Origin: Podarcis pityusensis | Lineage: Eukaryota | NCBI GenBank assembly: GCA_964106645.2 | Contig: OZ067039.1 | Strand: one strand, 5' to 3' | DNA length: 64,000 nt | Shown here: in pieces, positions 1 to 13,593 of the stretch | Position numbering within the stretch: position 1 is the stretch's first letter | Layout of the letters: every line of letters starts with the position of its first letter | Position numbers and translations under genes: made by a program | The notes under the pieces: generated by a model | What the model saw: the letters and a program-made list of their open reading frames with translations, nothing else | The model's database searches: none | Told to the model about the DNA's origin: nothing

Positions 1-88
1 TCGAGTCCTCTGGTGGGCGAGAGATTCCTGCATTTCACGGGGTTGGACCTTGTGGTCCATTCCAACTCTACAATTCTATGATTCTATA
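1..88 (+). mobile_element. 3' part of a tRNA-derived SINE with a CR1-type tail
   Basis: Ends ccaactctacaattctatgattctat; same family as 58897-59047 and 62213-62325. Confidence 0.65.
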
Positions 89-786
89 TGGTGATAAATC
101 TGTGGCAATGAAAATTAAATGCTTTACCAGAGCGATAATAACAATGCATAGAATTTACTTTAACCCAAATCTACTTAGAGAAAATAGGAATCATAATTGT
201 CTGAATCTGTGCTGCCAAATGGTACTGAGTCACTGCTTCAAAGGAGGCAAATTGCACAAATATTGGCCTGGATCCTAAAATATGTGGACATAATGAAATT
301 TAAGGAAGGAAAGTCTCCAGTTTCTTCCTACCCTTTGCAGTGGTTACACCCACAACTCATGTTGACTGTCTATTCTCCTTTCCTTGTTCCATTCAGCTTC
401 TGGGTCTTTCATGTCAGCTGTAAGCTAGGTGAGCTGCATGGTGTTTTATCACTGTTATATGCTCTACTATTTTTGCAAATCCCGTAAATTCCAGCCCTGC
501 CACTATTGCCAGCCCAAACCTATAGAGAAATTATTATCACTTATAATATTAACAACCTGGATTATGAAGGTTATTGTTTACAAAGCCCTCTCACCTTTTA
601 ATAAACGTGTTATGACTATTGTGTCTCAGCACAGTCTGCCATCATGCCAGGGTGCTCTGCTCTGGGTCCAATGGCTGGCAGGGATCATCATAGCTGCCTC
701 TGCAAGCCATTGAGTTTTAATTGAGCCTGCCCACAAACTTTTTACATCAGCAGTGGACTTACTGGGCCTGGGTATGCAAGTTTAAA

Positions 787-819
787 CCTCCTCCTCCTCC
801 TCCTCCTCCTCCTCCTCCT
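787..819. repeat. (CCT)n microsatellite next to an L2-type 3' tail on the - strand
   Basis: About 11 CCT units. Confidence 0.9.
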
Positions 820-1623
820 TCTATTAAATTTGTATACTGCCCTATACTCGCAGGTCTCAGAGCAGTTCACAGGATAAAATCACAATATAAAAACAAAAAA
901 ATACATAATCAAAATAAAAACAGGTTCCTTAAAGGAACCTGAGCCTAGTTTTACAAAAAGCAGGTGTGATACAACCCTGCTTCTGGCTTGTACCACTTTA
1001 GATACAAGCTATTTTGCTGTTTGTCATTTTGTTTTGTTTTTGTAAAGATGCCTTGAATTGCCTTTAGTGAGAGAAGGCATCTAATAAATTTAATTAGTTA
1101 TTATTAATAATAATAGCTAGCTAGTGAGTGTGCACATGCCTGAATATTTCCTGAATAGAAAAAGATAACACATTAACATGGAAAACTAGTACATCAGAAA
1201 AAAGACAATGGTAGGTTTTTCCGTGTGCAGATATTCCTGCCCCCTCCCATGAAATAGCATTCAGGCATGAGAGTTCCCACAGGCAGCCTGAAAGTATGCA
1301 ACTCAGAAACTGGGTTGCTACCACACATGTTGTGAGAACATAATCTGCAGTTCCCATACTTCCCCAACTCCTCTAATAGCTTCCCATCTTGTACTTCAGA
1401 ATGCTATGCTCAAAGCTAGAATGAATTCCTGACTTCTACGCTTGATTATTTACAAACCATTACACAGAGGGATAAAGCCAAAGAGCTTGGAAAATTTCCA
1501 AACAAACAAAACGGAACATTGTGAGCTTAATGAGAGAGAGAGAGCGAGCAACAGACAGACAGACAGAGAGACATAGCTACACCCTCTCTTCAAAGATATT
1601 CAGAACTCTCCTTGTGGCTGGCA

Positions 1624-1750
1624 ATGCCGTTGGATAATTATCTCTGTTCCATCACTGAACATGAAACCAATGACCCACTGGAGCGATTTGTCATTTCTGA
1701 AACTGTCTTTCTGGGAGTTGGCCTTGCCTTCGCTGAAGGGACAAGCGTAG
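1624..1750 (+). CDS. ACSL6: Candidate alternative upstream coding exon of ACSL6 (N-terminal extension MPLDNYLCSITEHETNDPLERFVISETVFLGVGLAFAEGTSV)
   Basis: ATG at 1624, then 42 codons + 1 nt, then a strong donor AG|GTGAGC at 1751. Phase 1 joins the acceptor at 2984 to read [10 protein letters not shown], comparable to EFVLSLLEKM of the long mammalian isoform. Confidence 0.55.
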
Positions 1751-2620
1751 GTGAGCTTGTGGTTGCTGCAGGATGAACTAGTGGGTTTATGTTGGGTGCA
1801 TTTTAATTGTGTGTCCTCTCAGCAAAGTAGTACTATGGCAAAGTACTACTGTGAAATAGATTTGCTGCGGCAGTAGCAGCCCTGTGTCCTGTAGCTCTCT
1901 GGAAAGCTATTGTAGTCTATTGTACCTGAAGTGATGGCTGTAGTTTGCCTAATGCCACCTGAGTTTTGCTATATACCAGCATATCACTCACTGCACCAAA
2001 CAAAACAATAAGCACCTATGTTATGATGTCTGTTGGCAGGAAATTAAGCTACAGCTTTATGTTAAAAAAATGGTTTCTTGTAAATTCTTCAAGGGTGCTC
2101 AAAGTGGAGGCAAGTAAACAAGCAGGCTTTAAGCATTCTCAAAGATGTACACTGAAAGTGTTATGGCTTTAGTTCTGGTCTAAATTTTCTGTTAAGGGTT
2201 TTCATAACTGAGGGATTTGCTGCTTCTCACAGAAGCAACACTTGCTTTTGTTTTCAACATGCTGTGATGCTATGTCATCATGAGGTTGTTACTGAGGCTT
2301 AATGATATTTGAAATGAAATCTGTAAGTAAGCACAAGCCCTTCTCTTGCTGGAAGCAGCTTTTGTGGGGGCATTTTCAGTTGTTGTTTTCTTAATAAGAC
2401 TATAGTTATAGGAGAGGCGTAGCAACCACGAGTTGGTTGATATTTTACTTTGGCCACAGAAAGTGGCACACTAGTTGCAAGTGTCCCATTTCATCCCCCC
2501 CACCCCGGAAATAGTATGAAGCAAAATGCACTGTGGGTGGGTGTCAAGGCCCAATCTGAGTCAGTGCTGGCTGGGGCTGGCACAAGACCCTTGGCTGCTG
2601 AGGTAAAGGAGAAGATGGTC

Positions 2621-2903
2621 CTTGACATCTGAAGGGAAGGCGTTCCACATGGAGGGCATCACTACCAAGAAGGCCTTCTGCCTGGTTCCCTGTAACTTCA
2701 TTTCTCGCTGTGAGGGAATCAGCAGAAGACCCTTGGCACTGGACCTCCATGTCTGGGCTAAACGATAGAGGTGGAGATGCTCCTTCAGGTTTACTGGGCC
2801 GAGGCCGTTTAGGGCTTCAAAGGTCAGCACCAACACTTTGAATTGTTCTTGGAAATGTACTGGGAGCCTGGGAAGATCCTTTAAGATCGGTGTTGTATGG
2901 TCC
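2621..2903 (-). mobile_element. L2 LINE ORF2 C-terminal fragment
   Basis: The - strand reads [19 protein letters not shown]...KAFLVVMPSMWNAFP, typical of the L2 C-terminus; homologous to 13745-13987. Confidence 0.8.
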
Positions 2904-2983
2904 TAAAAAACCCCACCTTTGGGGTCCTCTGTCTTTTGACCCTGCTGTGAACTAATTCATTGTTTCTCCATTGGGTTCTGCAG

Positions 2984-3204
2984 AAGTTGCCATTTCAATC
3001 TTTGAAAAGATGCAAGCGCAAGAGATCCTCAGGAACCTGCGGCTTCCAGAGTTTGAAGACTTCAGTCAGTTTTTCCGAAGTTTGCCGGCTGCTACCTTGG
3101 TTGGCATTGGTGCCTTTGCAGCTGTTGTTGCTTACTGGTTGGCCAGCCGGCCAAAAGCAGTGAAACCACCATGTGACCTCCTGATGCAATCAGAAGAAGT
3201 TGAG
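2984..3204 (+). CDS. ACSL6: ACSL6 exon containing the main ATG (3010) and the N-terminal membrane anchor
   Basis: Acceptor ttctgCAG|AAG and donor GAG|GTGAGT; encodes [65 protein letters not shown]. Confidence 0.96.
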
Positions 3205-4352
3205 GTGAGTCTTTATGCTCTTTACAAAAAACAAGAGTTAGACTTTATGAAAAGTTGTTGCTGTGTTTTTGCTGCGCTTTTTTCATTAGTAGGCAGCATG
3301 GCTCTTACTTCATTGATTTTTTACAATATTCATAGGCAGCAATCTTAAACATTGTGACAGTACAATTGATTTTAACAGAATGGCTTGTCCAAAGTGGTTT
3401 TTGAGTTTTCCTCTGGATACTAATATATCAGAACAAACTTAGTATGGCCTGCTTGTCTGCCGATTACTGCCATGTGCGCCTCTCAACCACATATTTGTTT
3501 TTGCAGCAAAAATGCCTTAATCCAAATAATTACTGAATATTTCATTAGCTTGGTATTACTTTGATATCTTATTTTTTAAAATATGTTTGTTTGTGATGAA
3601 CAAGCGCTTTCAAGAAAGCACTTGCTGGACTGAATTCCAGTTCTGTGGAGCAAAGTGTTTTTTTGTGCTGACCACTGAAAATGATAAAACATGGGATATC
3701 TAGCTGCCTAAATATTAATGAAATATTTACATGTTTGTTTTCTGAAAAATGAATGATGCAATACAGTTCCCTTGCCATTGTTCTTGTTTGTAACATGCTT
3801 TTAATCCTTGGAGACATATTTGTAAAAGCCTAGACAAAGCAAGGTAATTATACTATTGAGATTCCTATTATGATACTCAAAAACCCCTCATTATTATTTT
3901 ATTTTTAAAGTCCATACAAAAACTTACCTATGGTGATTGTGAACTCTAATCCTTTATGCTTTTGGGGTTACTTAGTGTTATCCAAATATATAATTTTGAG
4001 ACAGCTGAAAACAAACTACTTGGGCATGGTGGGTGTTGAAGTGGTTTTATCACATGGGCTTATGAGGGATTGTTGAGGCAAATGGACTGCTCAACCAGTG
4101 ATACATGAAGCTTTTCCCCCTACTCTGAGAAATCACCAAGCAACCATGCAGTAAGCCTAGAAAGACCAATCGGAGAAAGGAATTAAGAATGAACATACTG
4201 AAGGGGCAGAAGTTAACACAGAGGAATAATTAAGAATACATTGTCTCTGAACTGTAATGATGAGATCTAGTTTTTTTTCAAGTCCACTAATCACAAGGAT
4301 CAGCCATACCTAAACCTGGTATTTTCTTCAACCGATCTGGAGAAGGACGATC

Positions 4353-4396
<44 letters not shown>

Positions 4397-7300
4397 TCCA
4401 GGCTGATCAGTGGATTTGTTCATTTTATTTGAAATAGGAAAGTTCAGGAAAATTTTGATTGAAACTTTAGGCTACTCTTTGATGTATAAAATAAGGAGAC
4501 CATTAAAATGTTCCCACTACATTAGAAATGAGATAGTAGGCCACAAAATTCACGTCGTGCCAATGTTCAACTTCATGAAGAGACACTGTCAAAGGTGAGT
4601 AGGGGAAAAGCAGCTGTTTTGAAGGTTGAGGCACACAGCTGTGCATAGAACAGTATTCCCCCCCTCCAATTGACTTCTTTGTGAGTAACATGAATGATGC
4701 AGCAAGACTCATGAAATATACATTTAATTCCATGCAAGTGTCCACAGGGAGCATTTCTGCAGCCAGCGGTAAGAGTATTTTGAAAGCACATTGTACAAAA
4801 CAAGAATTCAGAAAAATCAATACAGCAAAATTGCAGGTTTGGAATGTTCTGTAATGTTATGCATAAACGAAGCATAAATAGAAACTTTTAGCAAGCAATT
4901 ATGTTTTCACTGCACCGTAACATGTAGCTTTGAAGGTAACGCAGATTGATATATCCATCCACATGCTCTCCTACAGCTGAGGCTCCTGCAAGCGCATGCT
5001 TGTATGCTATTTGGCCTTTGAGCGATCATGCTGACACTATTTATTCTGTAGCACAATCCAAGCATCCGCATGTGTAAGCAGTTGCACAATCTGGGTTTTA
5101 GATCAAGCAGGCGGCCTGCGTGAGAGGAGGAAGCTCTGTGCTACAGACTTTTGCAACTCTTGGAAGAGTTGTTCGTAGAGCAGAGATGACATGCTGGAGA
5201 GGAGGGGCTTAGCAGTGTCCTCCCCACTCCACATTGTGTGATTGCTTACACATGAGCACAGCTAAATGCCCAAATAGTGCTACTGTAAATTGACAAAAGG
5301 GATGTCATGTCAACCCTCACATTTTTTAGGATCTTGACAGTCTTGCCGGAAAGACGTGAAAAGGTGGAGAAGGCAGGGACAAGAAGGGATCAATGTGAGC
5401 AAATGAAGCTATGTGTAGGTGTAGGCTGCATGTCTGTTTGCATTGGGGATTAAGGAGTGTTTAGCATAGTTTTCTTTATACTGTCTCAGAGTCTGTACTG
5501 GCTTTAAGAACTTTGTCTGAGTTACTGGAATGTGACTAAGGGCCAAACTCCTGATCTCCCGTTGTCTGTGTTGTTTCACTGTAGGGCTGGGATGGTGCAC
5601 GGAGATCTGTAATAGGTGACAGCTCCCAACTGCTAACCCACTACTATGATGACGCAAGGACCATGTATGAGGTTTTTAGAAGGGGTTTTAATATATCTGG
5701 TAAGTATTTGGAAGTGTTAATGTGGACTTGTAGATCATAATGTTCATCTTCTCGCCTAAACTTCCTACTAGACCCGCAGGGGGGCTGTTGGCTCACTTTC
5801 TGTAAGAGGCCAGTTGTGAACTGAACTTTGATGTTGTCCAAGATTGGAAACTGCAATGGGCTGGAAGCAGTTTGGGATCTAGAAAACGAGGTGGTGGTCC
5901 AAATTGTTCACTGCAATTGATATTGCAACCCTTGCACATTGGTTCAAACAGCTTCAGCATCTAGCAGTATTAACTGTGTGTGCGCTCATTCTGGCAGCCC
6001 CTCTTTGGGTGAACAGTAATCAGAGTATAAATTACTCTGTTCTGAAGCAAAAGAGATAATATCGCTCATTCCAGGAGGAGCTAAAATCATGCTATAACAA
6101 TTCTACCAACCTTTAGGATAAATCTGATGTTATAATCACACCTCACATAGCCCTCCCTTCCATCCCTCCTGAAAAATATGCAGTATTTTGTTCTTGTTAG
6201 ATGGAGGTTTTTCTTATTTTCCCTTCTGCCAAAGCAAACTGAACCAATGGGAGGTGACATTTAGAATGGAAGTATCAATCAGATAATGATGATGCAGCCC
6301 TCTAGAGTCTAGATATATTAATAAGGCAGTGGAGGTGCTTAATGTCACAGTCACCTTCTCATTTCTAAATGAGAACACTGAATGGTCCTTGAGGGAACTT
6401 ACAGAATGCTATTCCATTAGGCAAGATAGCTTCCGTTTGCATTTGATGGTTCTCTGTATGAACTCCTGGATTGCTGACATACACCCTGACCTTGATAATA
6501 ACAATGGTTTATTTTTAGGCATGCTGTCCTGCTGAGGAGCACTCAGGCTGCCAGGAAGTGCATTATTAACCATCTTTTTTGGGAAAGAATTATGGTTCTT
6601 ATAGCTCATTTCATCTGTTTTTCTTTAGAAAATGGCCCCTGCTTAGGATTCAGGAAACCAAAACAGCCTTACCAGTGGTTGACCTATAAAGAGGTGAGGT
6701 TCATGTTATATTTTTCTTAATAGAGCAACAACATTAGAAGAGGGTTTTTGAATTATTGCTCTTGTGGAATATGTGTTCCTTCCACACAGCAGTTTGTTGT
6801 GAACTTAGTAATGCTCACATATGGAAGGTTTCTATAGTGTCCATATGATGTTGTCTTCATTAAGATGAAATCCCATATCTCCTTTCCAATTTTATCTGGT
6901 GTTACGTGTGTCTGCCGGTGTGGTTGCTCGAGAGCGAATAGGCAAGATTCCCAATGGTCTTTTCAAGGCTTTATTATCTGTACAAAACATTTACAGTGCA
7001 GAGCATCTCAAGTCCATGTCTGCTCACTCGCTAGCAGAATCTGGGAATGGGCGGTCCTTAAACTTTCCCCAGCATAGGAGTCTTTTAACCCCCATCCTAC
7101 GCCTCCCCTCTCTGCGCGTAAACCGACTGTGCAGAGAGGGCGTGGGCAAAGGGGACCTGCCTCCCCCCCACTTTGCTCAGGCCCGGTGTTGCAGCTCTCT
7201 TTAGCATCTTCCGAGCCCTACATCCCTTCCCCACTGGAGGCGGGGCTTCCCTCCTCGCCAGAGGAAGAGCTGCTTCACACGATCTTCGGAGGCTCCCTGT

Positions 7301-7502
7301 AACCCAATTGCCCTTCCACCTCTCGCCTCTGAGCTGATGGCAGTTCCCTGACATCTGGATTTACTATTTCTGAAGGGAGGGAGGTTAAAATCAAATTATT
7401 TAATGGGAAAACAATATGGGACAGCATTTTGATGAATATGATGTTGTGTGGATGCTGCTCAAAACTTCCATGCATGAGAACCACCAAATTCACAGTAAAC
7501 AA

Positions 7503-7546
<44 letters not shown>

Positions 7547-10462
7547 TTTTAATATCATAAATCCCTGAATATTTTACAAAAACTATACCAATCAGTATTC
7601 CATTATTGCATCCATCAAAAGTTATTTACACTGCTTAATTTATCTTAATGCTGCCAGTGTTTTCAGCTGTACACAATTATTTCCCATATATTCAATAAAT
7701 GTTTTCCAATCTTCTTTAAATGTATGTTCTTCTTGTTCTCGGATTCTATATGTTAAGTCTGCAAGTTGTGCATATTCTGTCAACTTAAGTTGCCATTCTT
7801 CTTTGGTTCACAGTAAACAACTCTTTATGAGACGCGGGTGGTGCTGTGGGTTAAACCACAGAGCCTAGGGCTTGCTGATCAGAAGGTCAGCGGTTCAAAT
7901 CCCTGCGACGGGGTGAGCTCCCGTTGTTTGGTCCCTGCTCCTGGCAACCTAGCAGTTCGAAAGCACGAAGTGCAAGTAGATAAATAGGTACCGCTCTGGC
8001 GGGAAGGTAAATGGCGTTTCCGTGCACTGCTCTGGTTTCGCCAGAAGCGGCTTAGTCATGCTGGCCACATGACCTGGAAGCCGTATGCCGGCTCCCTCGG
8101 CCCGTAAAGCAAGATGAGCGCCGCAACCCCAGAGTCATCTGCGACTGGACCTAATGGTCAGGGGTCCCTTTACCTTTACCTAAACAACTCTTTGGAAGTG
8201 CCCATACACTATAAGAGCTGTTTGTGAACAAGCACAAAATCCCTGTTAAGAATATCGTTGGATTTGCCTAATGCAATGTGCAAGATGATCCTCTGTTAAT
8301 TCTCCTTAAGTGTTTTCTTTTACTTTCAGGTTGCCGAAAGAGCAGAAGCATTGGGATCAGGTTTACTCCAAAAGGGGTGCAAACCATCAGCAAGTCAGTT
8401 TATTGGGGTTTTTGCACAAAACCGGCCAGAGGTGAGCTTCAAGAAAACCAGAGCCTTATCTCCAACTTCACATTTTATTCATATTTATTGCAAACTGTAA
8501 CTTATACCTTTCATAATCTCCTTCCAGTGGATCATTTCTGAGCTGGCTTGCTATACCTATTCCATGGTTGTGGTTCCCCTGTATGATACGTTAGGCCCTG
8601 GAGCCATTCGTTATATTATCAACACAGGTAAAAAGAAATGTAGATTCATTGTGAGTAAATAGCTTCATAGAAAGCTATTTTTGCTATGTAAAACAGCAAC
8701 AGCTTTGGCTTTGGGAGCATTATTTCACCAATAAGAATCGCTTCACTTCTGAATCCTCACTTTCTAGTGAAATGTTAGAAGAGGAAAACAGAAGGTCTTG
8801 CACACACACAAAAGACTGACTGGGAGGTTACAGGTGGTTGTTTTATCACACGACTGATATATAATGGTACTCCTTGGCAGGATGATATAGCCAACCAAGC
8901 TACCCTAGGGCAGTTTGGTTGACTGTGTGTTTTATTGTGTAGGTTGTCAAGCCAATATCAACATCGTGATATTTAATAGGTACTTTTAGTGTTAATATTC
9001 AGATACTGTATCTTTTTAAGATCCTTTACCAAGTCCTCATTCCCTACAAAAAAAAAGCTATTAAAATTTCAGCAGGGCAACCTAACCTGTCAAATTCATA
9101 CCTTTGAATACACTTCAGAAGATACCCAAGGTGGAATTTGAACATTAAGCACTAGTATCAACAGAGTCTAGTTGTGGTTCTGTAATGGTTTCCTTTTTGA
9201 AGTTCCAGGGTAACACTAGTTCATTTCAGCAGTCATCCACTGGCAATATGGTACCAGAACACCTGCACTTTCATTTTGCGTTTTGGCTTTTTTTCTGGCA
9301 ACAATCATTTCCCATCAGAAAAGATTGATCTCTCTGCTCCCTTTCTTTATAAATACTAAAGCAATTGAAGGTGTATACCAGTATTTCCAAAGGAAAACTG
9401 TCATAAAGTGTGTGTGAGAGTGTGTTATTTTGTATCCTGCTTTTTGCCCAAAGACCCCAAAGTGGCTCATGACATTTATAAAGTAGGGCACGATCAGCCA
9501 TGGGGAGAGTCAGGCCAGAAGATGAAGAACAAGTTGAAAACTAGAACAAGTTGAAAACTAAAATTTTAAAATATTGAAATCAAGATACACAGAAGAAAGC
9601 AAGTGTGGTTGATGAGCCTGGAAAAGCAAGAGCTGTTAAATTAAGGAATTGGTGTATTTGTTTATTTGAGCTATTCCGCGGTATTGACCCGGGTGAAGTA
9701 CAAAACATAGGCTGATATCTGGTGCTGGTCTTACTCCAAAAAAATCCATCCACTTAAGACTATTGATTTCAGTGCTCTATTCTGAATATGACTCAGTTGG
9801 ACATCACCAATTAAATAAAAGCCAGCCAACCAAATAATAAAATAAGCAACATACTGAAATGCACCAATGAACAAAAAAGTCAGTTAAACACCAGAGTAGG
9901 TGAATCAACATAAAGCACTTAAAATGCATTGGCAAATGAATAAACCTTAAGCTGTGCATTGAAATGATAACAATGTTGGTCCTGCTTCTTCCTGTAAAGG
10001 GTGGGAGGGTTTTTCACAGATGGGAGGCCACCACAGAAAAGGCTCCTCTGCATTCCTATATCTCTTTGTATAACGGTCAGTGACAAATTTCAATGGAGGG
10101 CGGATTATGATTTTTTAAAAATAGAAATGTGTTGACACTGCACTACAATTTTCTGTTTGTTTCTTTTTGTGTTTAGCTGATATTTCTATAGTAGTTTGTG
10201 ATAAGCCCGAAAAAGCCAGAGTCCTCTTAGAAAATGTAGAGAAAAAACAAACTCCGGGCTTGAAATTCATTATTTTGATGGACCCTTTTGAGAAGGATCT
10301 TAAAGAAAGAGGGCAAAAGTGTGGAGTTCAAATCCAGGCTATGCAGGAAGTAGAGGTAAGGTTCTTATGCACTGTTTAACTGATCTCACGTTACACTGTT
10401 CATGCAGTTAAGCAGCAGTTCCACAGAATTATAACAAATTAAAGTTATGTGATATGCCATCA

Positions 10463-10501
<39 letters not shown>

Positions 10502-13500
10502 GACTTGTCAAGACTAGCCCAAGTATAAAATGCACTGATGGACAATCAAAGATGGGCAAAGTAATAATAATAAGAGGTGATTATTTTTTATGTCTATGCT
10601 TTTCATTGTGCAAACAGTTTTTCCTCTTATTTGTCGCCATCTGATATTACAACATGACACAAGCAAATGAGAGGCATACTGCAGAAAGGCATCTGCAGAA
10701 AGCGTAGCCCTGGTGACTCAAGAAAGTGGGCCAATCCACAGGCTATAGCATGGGTGGTTAACCTCTGGCCTTCCAGATGTTGTTGGGACTCAAACTTCCA
10801 TCACCCCCAGCCAGCAAGGCCAATGGTCAAGGATGATATTCCAGCAACATCTAAAGGGCACCAGGTTAGACACCTTCCTGCTGCAGGGAAAGGCCTTTGG
10901 CCAATCCACATATATTAAATTGCTCTCCTTTTTATTAAATCCTTTCAGGACTGTGGTCGAGAAAGTTGGCGTGCCCCTGTAGTGAGTATAATCCCTTTTA
11001 TTCCACACTGAACATTTCCTCATAAACAATGAGCACAATTTACCATAAACATCTCCGGTGCAAGCATAACTGAAATGAATGAAAGCTGCAGAACAGCCTG
11101 TCTCCGTCCTTGTGCATGGCCCATTTGTTTTAATGAAAGCTGGTGCAGGGGTCTTTGTAGATGATTCTCATATTTAAGTACCATGTGGTTTTTAATGGAA
11201 TCCAAGTTACTTGTGAAAAGCACAATTGGCCACGTTTCTTGCTGTGTATTAGAAGTTGTGCCCCTGGGTCCCTTTTTTCAGAATATTTCAGCTTAATGGA
11301 CAAGGCATGAGATAAGTAAAATGGGAGTAAGATGGGGAAGGGAAATTTGCTTTGGAGAAGGAGGTAAGACACTTGGTAAATATAGTCTAGTACAGATAGG
11401 TGCCTAGCCAAATGACATGCTAGAGGTGGCCTCCGAAACAGTTATTACAAAGGCCCCTTCTTCATTACAAAGCACCCTGGGTAAACAAATGGATTGCTTC
11501 AACATTCAATATGATCAGAGACTACAAAGTGATCCACTGTGGGGCAGAAATTAAAAATTCTGAATTTTTCTCACATGAAGTATCAGCTGAGAAAAAATAA
11601 AGCAGTGAACTCTGAGGAAATGACTGTGCTGGGCACCTACTACCTAACTACCTTAGTTCAGACAGCATCACCAGAGCTGCTAGAAGGCTGGGAATCACTT
11701 TAACTAATAGTACAAACAGGATCGGCTTGTTAATTAGCCTCGCTGAGGCCGTAGGCTGGCAGCAGATCCTTCACATAACTTTGCTGCTCCTCCTCCGGCT
11801 GCAGATAGGAGTTACTGCCATCCCAGTTGCCCCTGGGGGCAAAGGTCCCTCTGCCACTGCCTGCTCCTCTCCAGACTCTATTTTTCCCTCCCTTGACACC
11901 TTCAATGTGCTGGGGGTTCCCTGCACCACTTCCAGTCGCCTCAGGTGACAGAGGAGGAGGGAGCCGAGGGCACCAATTTATGATTTCCTCAAGTGGCTAA
12001 ATATCATGGGCCAGCCCTGAGTACAATCTCTTACTCAGAGGTAAGTCCCATTGCATCCAGTGGGACTTAGTCTCAGCTAAGTGTGCATATGATTGCCGCC
12101 CAGCACTCCTGCATGGCAAGTTATTCAAAGAAAGTCATCTGCTTCGTATGCTTGGAACAAAATACTTTGGCCGGAGGGACAAAGAATTCACACAGTGGGA
12201 AAGCATAATAATTTGTCTCAAACCTGCACTGTAAGGTTAAAAATGGATAAGCAATGTACAAGGAGCTCCCTGCTCTCCTTGGGACGGAAGGCTGGGGTGT
12301 AAATCATATAAATAAGTAAAATAAATGAACTAAGACATTTCTTTTTCTTCCATGACTTTTCTAGCCTCCTCGACCAGAAGATCTATCAATAGTCTGTTTT
12401 ACTAGTGGCACTACAGGTAAACTTTACCAGTTTTGCAACAGTTTTCCTTGGGCCTTAATAATGGTGACATTGTACAGAAAAGCATTTTGATTCCATTAAA
12501 ATAATATGTAAATAGATATCAGATGTATGTAAATTTAAGTTATGTGTATATTTTAAAACATATTTCATATATACCAGAAAGGATATGAAAATATACTACT
12601 ATACAAATTGTAGAACACTGGCAGATGATAAACAGACAGACTGCTGCTTTGTAAGTTACTTAAATTCATTCATTGCATTTTGAAAAATAATAGAAACATG
12701 TATGCAGAATTCTCTGAGGATATCACTAGTTTTAGCTTAACATTGCTTATTAAGTTTACTATTAAAAAATAAATAAAAGTCAGCCTAGCTGAACCATTAC
12801 AGCTAATGAGCCAAAGTTTCTTATCACTTGAAATGTTCACTAATGTAAAAATATATATAACAACTCCTGTTTGCGGCTTCTGATTATTTTAACCATGCAG
12901 CCAATCCCACCTCATTTTCGAGCAGGGCAGAATGAGAACTACAAACAGATCACTGCCAATATCCATGGGCTTTATCCTGAGTAACTTAGTCAGGATCCAA
13001 TGTTACCCAGCAGCAAAGTAAAAAAAAAAAAGCACTAGAAAACTAAAGATAACAGAAACAATGAAATGCTGCCGCCCTGGAAAAAAAAATCTCTGCTTGT
13101 ATCTTTCTCCTTAAGCCTTTCCAGCCAGAGGATGCAGGCATATTGTCCACCACCATGACCTTAGGAACTAGCCCCTCATAGGAATTGACTTTGATAGAAA
13201 ACAAAGAGGGCAAAGAGCATTGTATGATGATTGTGACAGTTCTTTCAAAACTGTGCCAAATGTCCCTTCTGAAAACCTGCCATAACTGAATGGTTGCATC
13301 CAAGTGATCCAAGAAGCTATCTACTAATTTTTATGACATTAATTCCAGTAAGATGACAAATGATAAATTGATACTGTATTCTATAGTGGCAAGACTTAAG
13401 AGTTGAGGTTGGACACAGCCACCCCCAAAGAAAAAAAGTTATGAATTGCCATGACTGAAGAAGCTGAGTTTTTCTTGTTTGAGGCAAGGCATAAAATATA

Positions 13501-13550
13501 ACACAAATAAGCTTTACATTTATTCTCCTTTCTCAGAAATTCACTTTTAC

Positions 13551-13593
<43 letters not shown>

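Noticed and set aside
721-942. ORF with a poly-proline run
   Set aside because: Translation of a (CCT)n microsatellite plus a retroelement tail.
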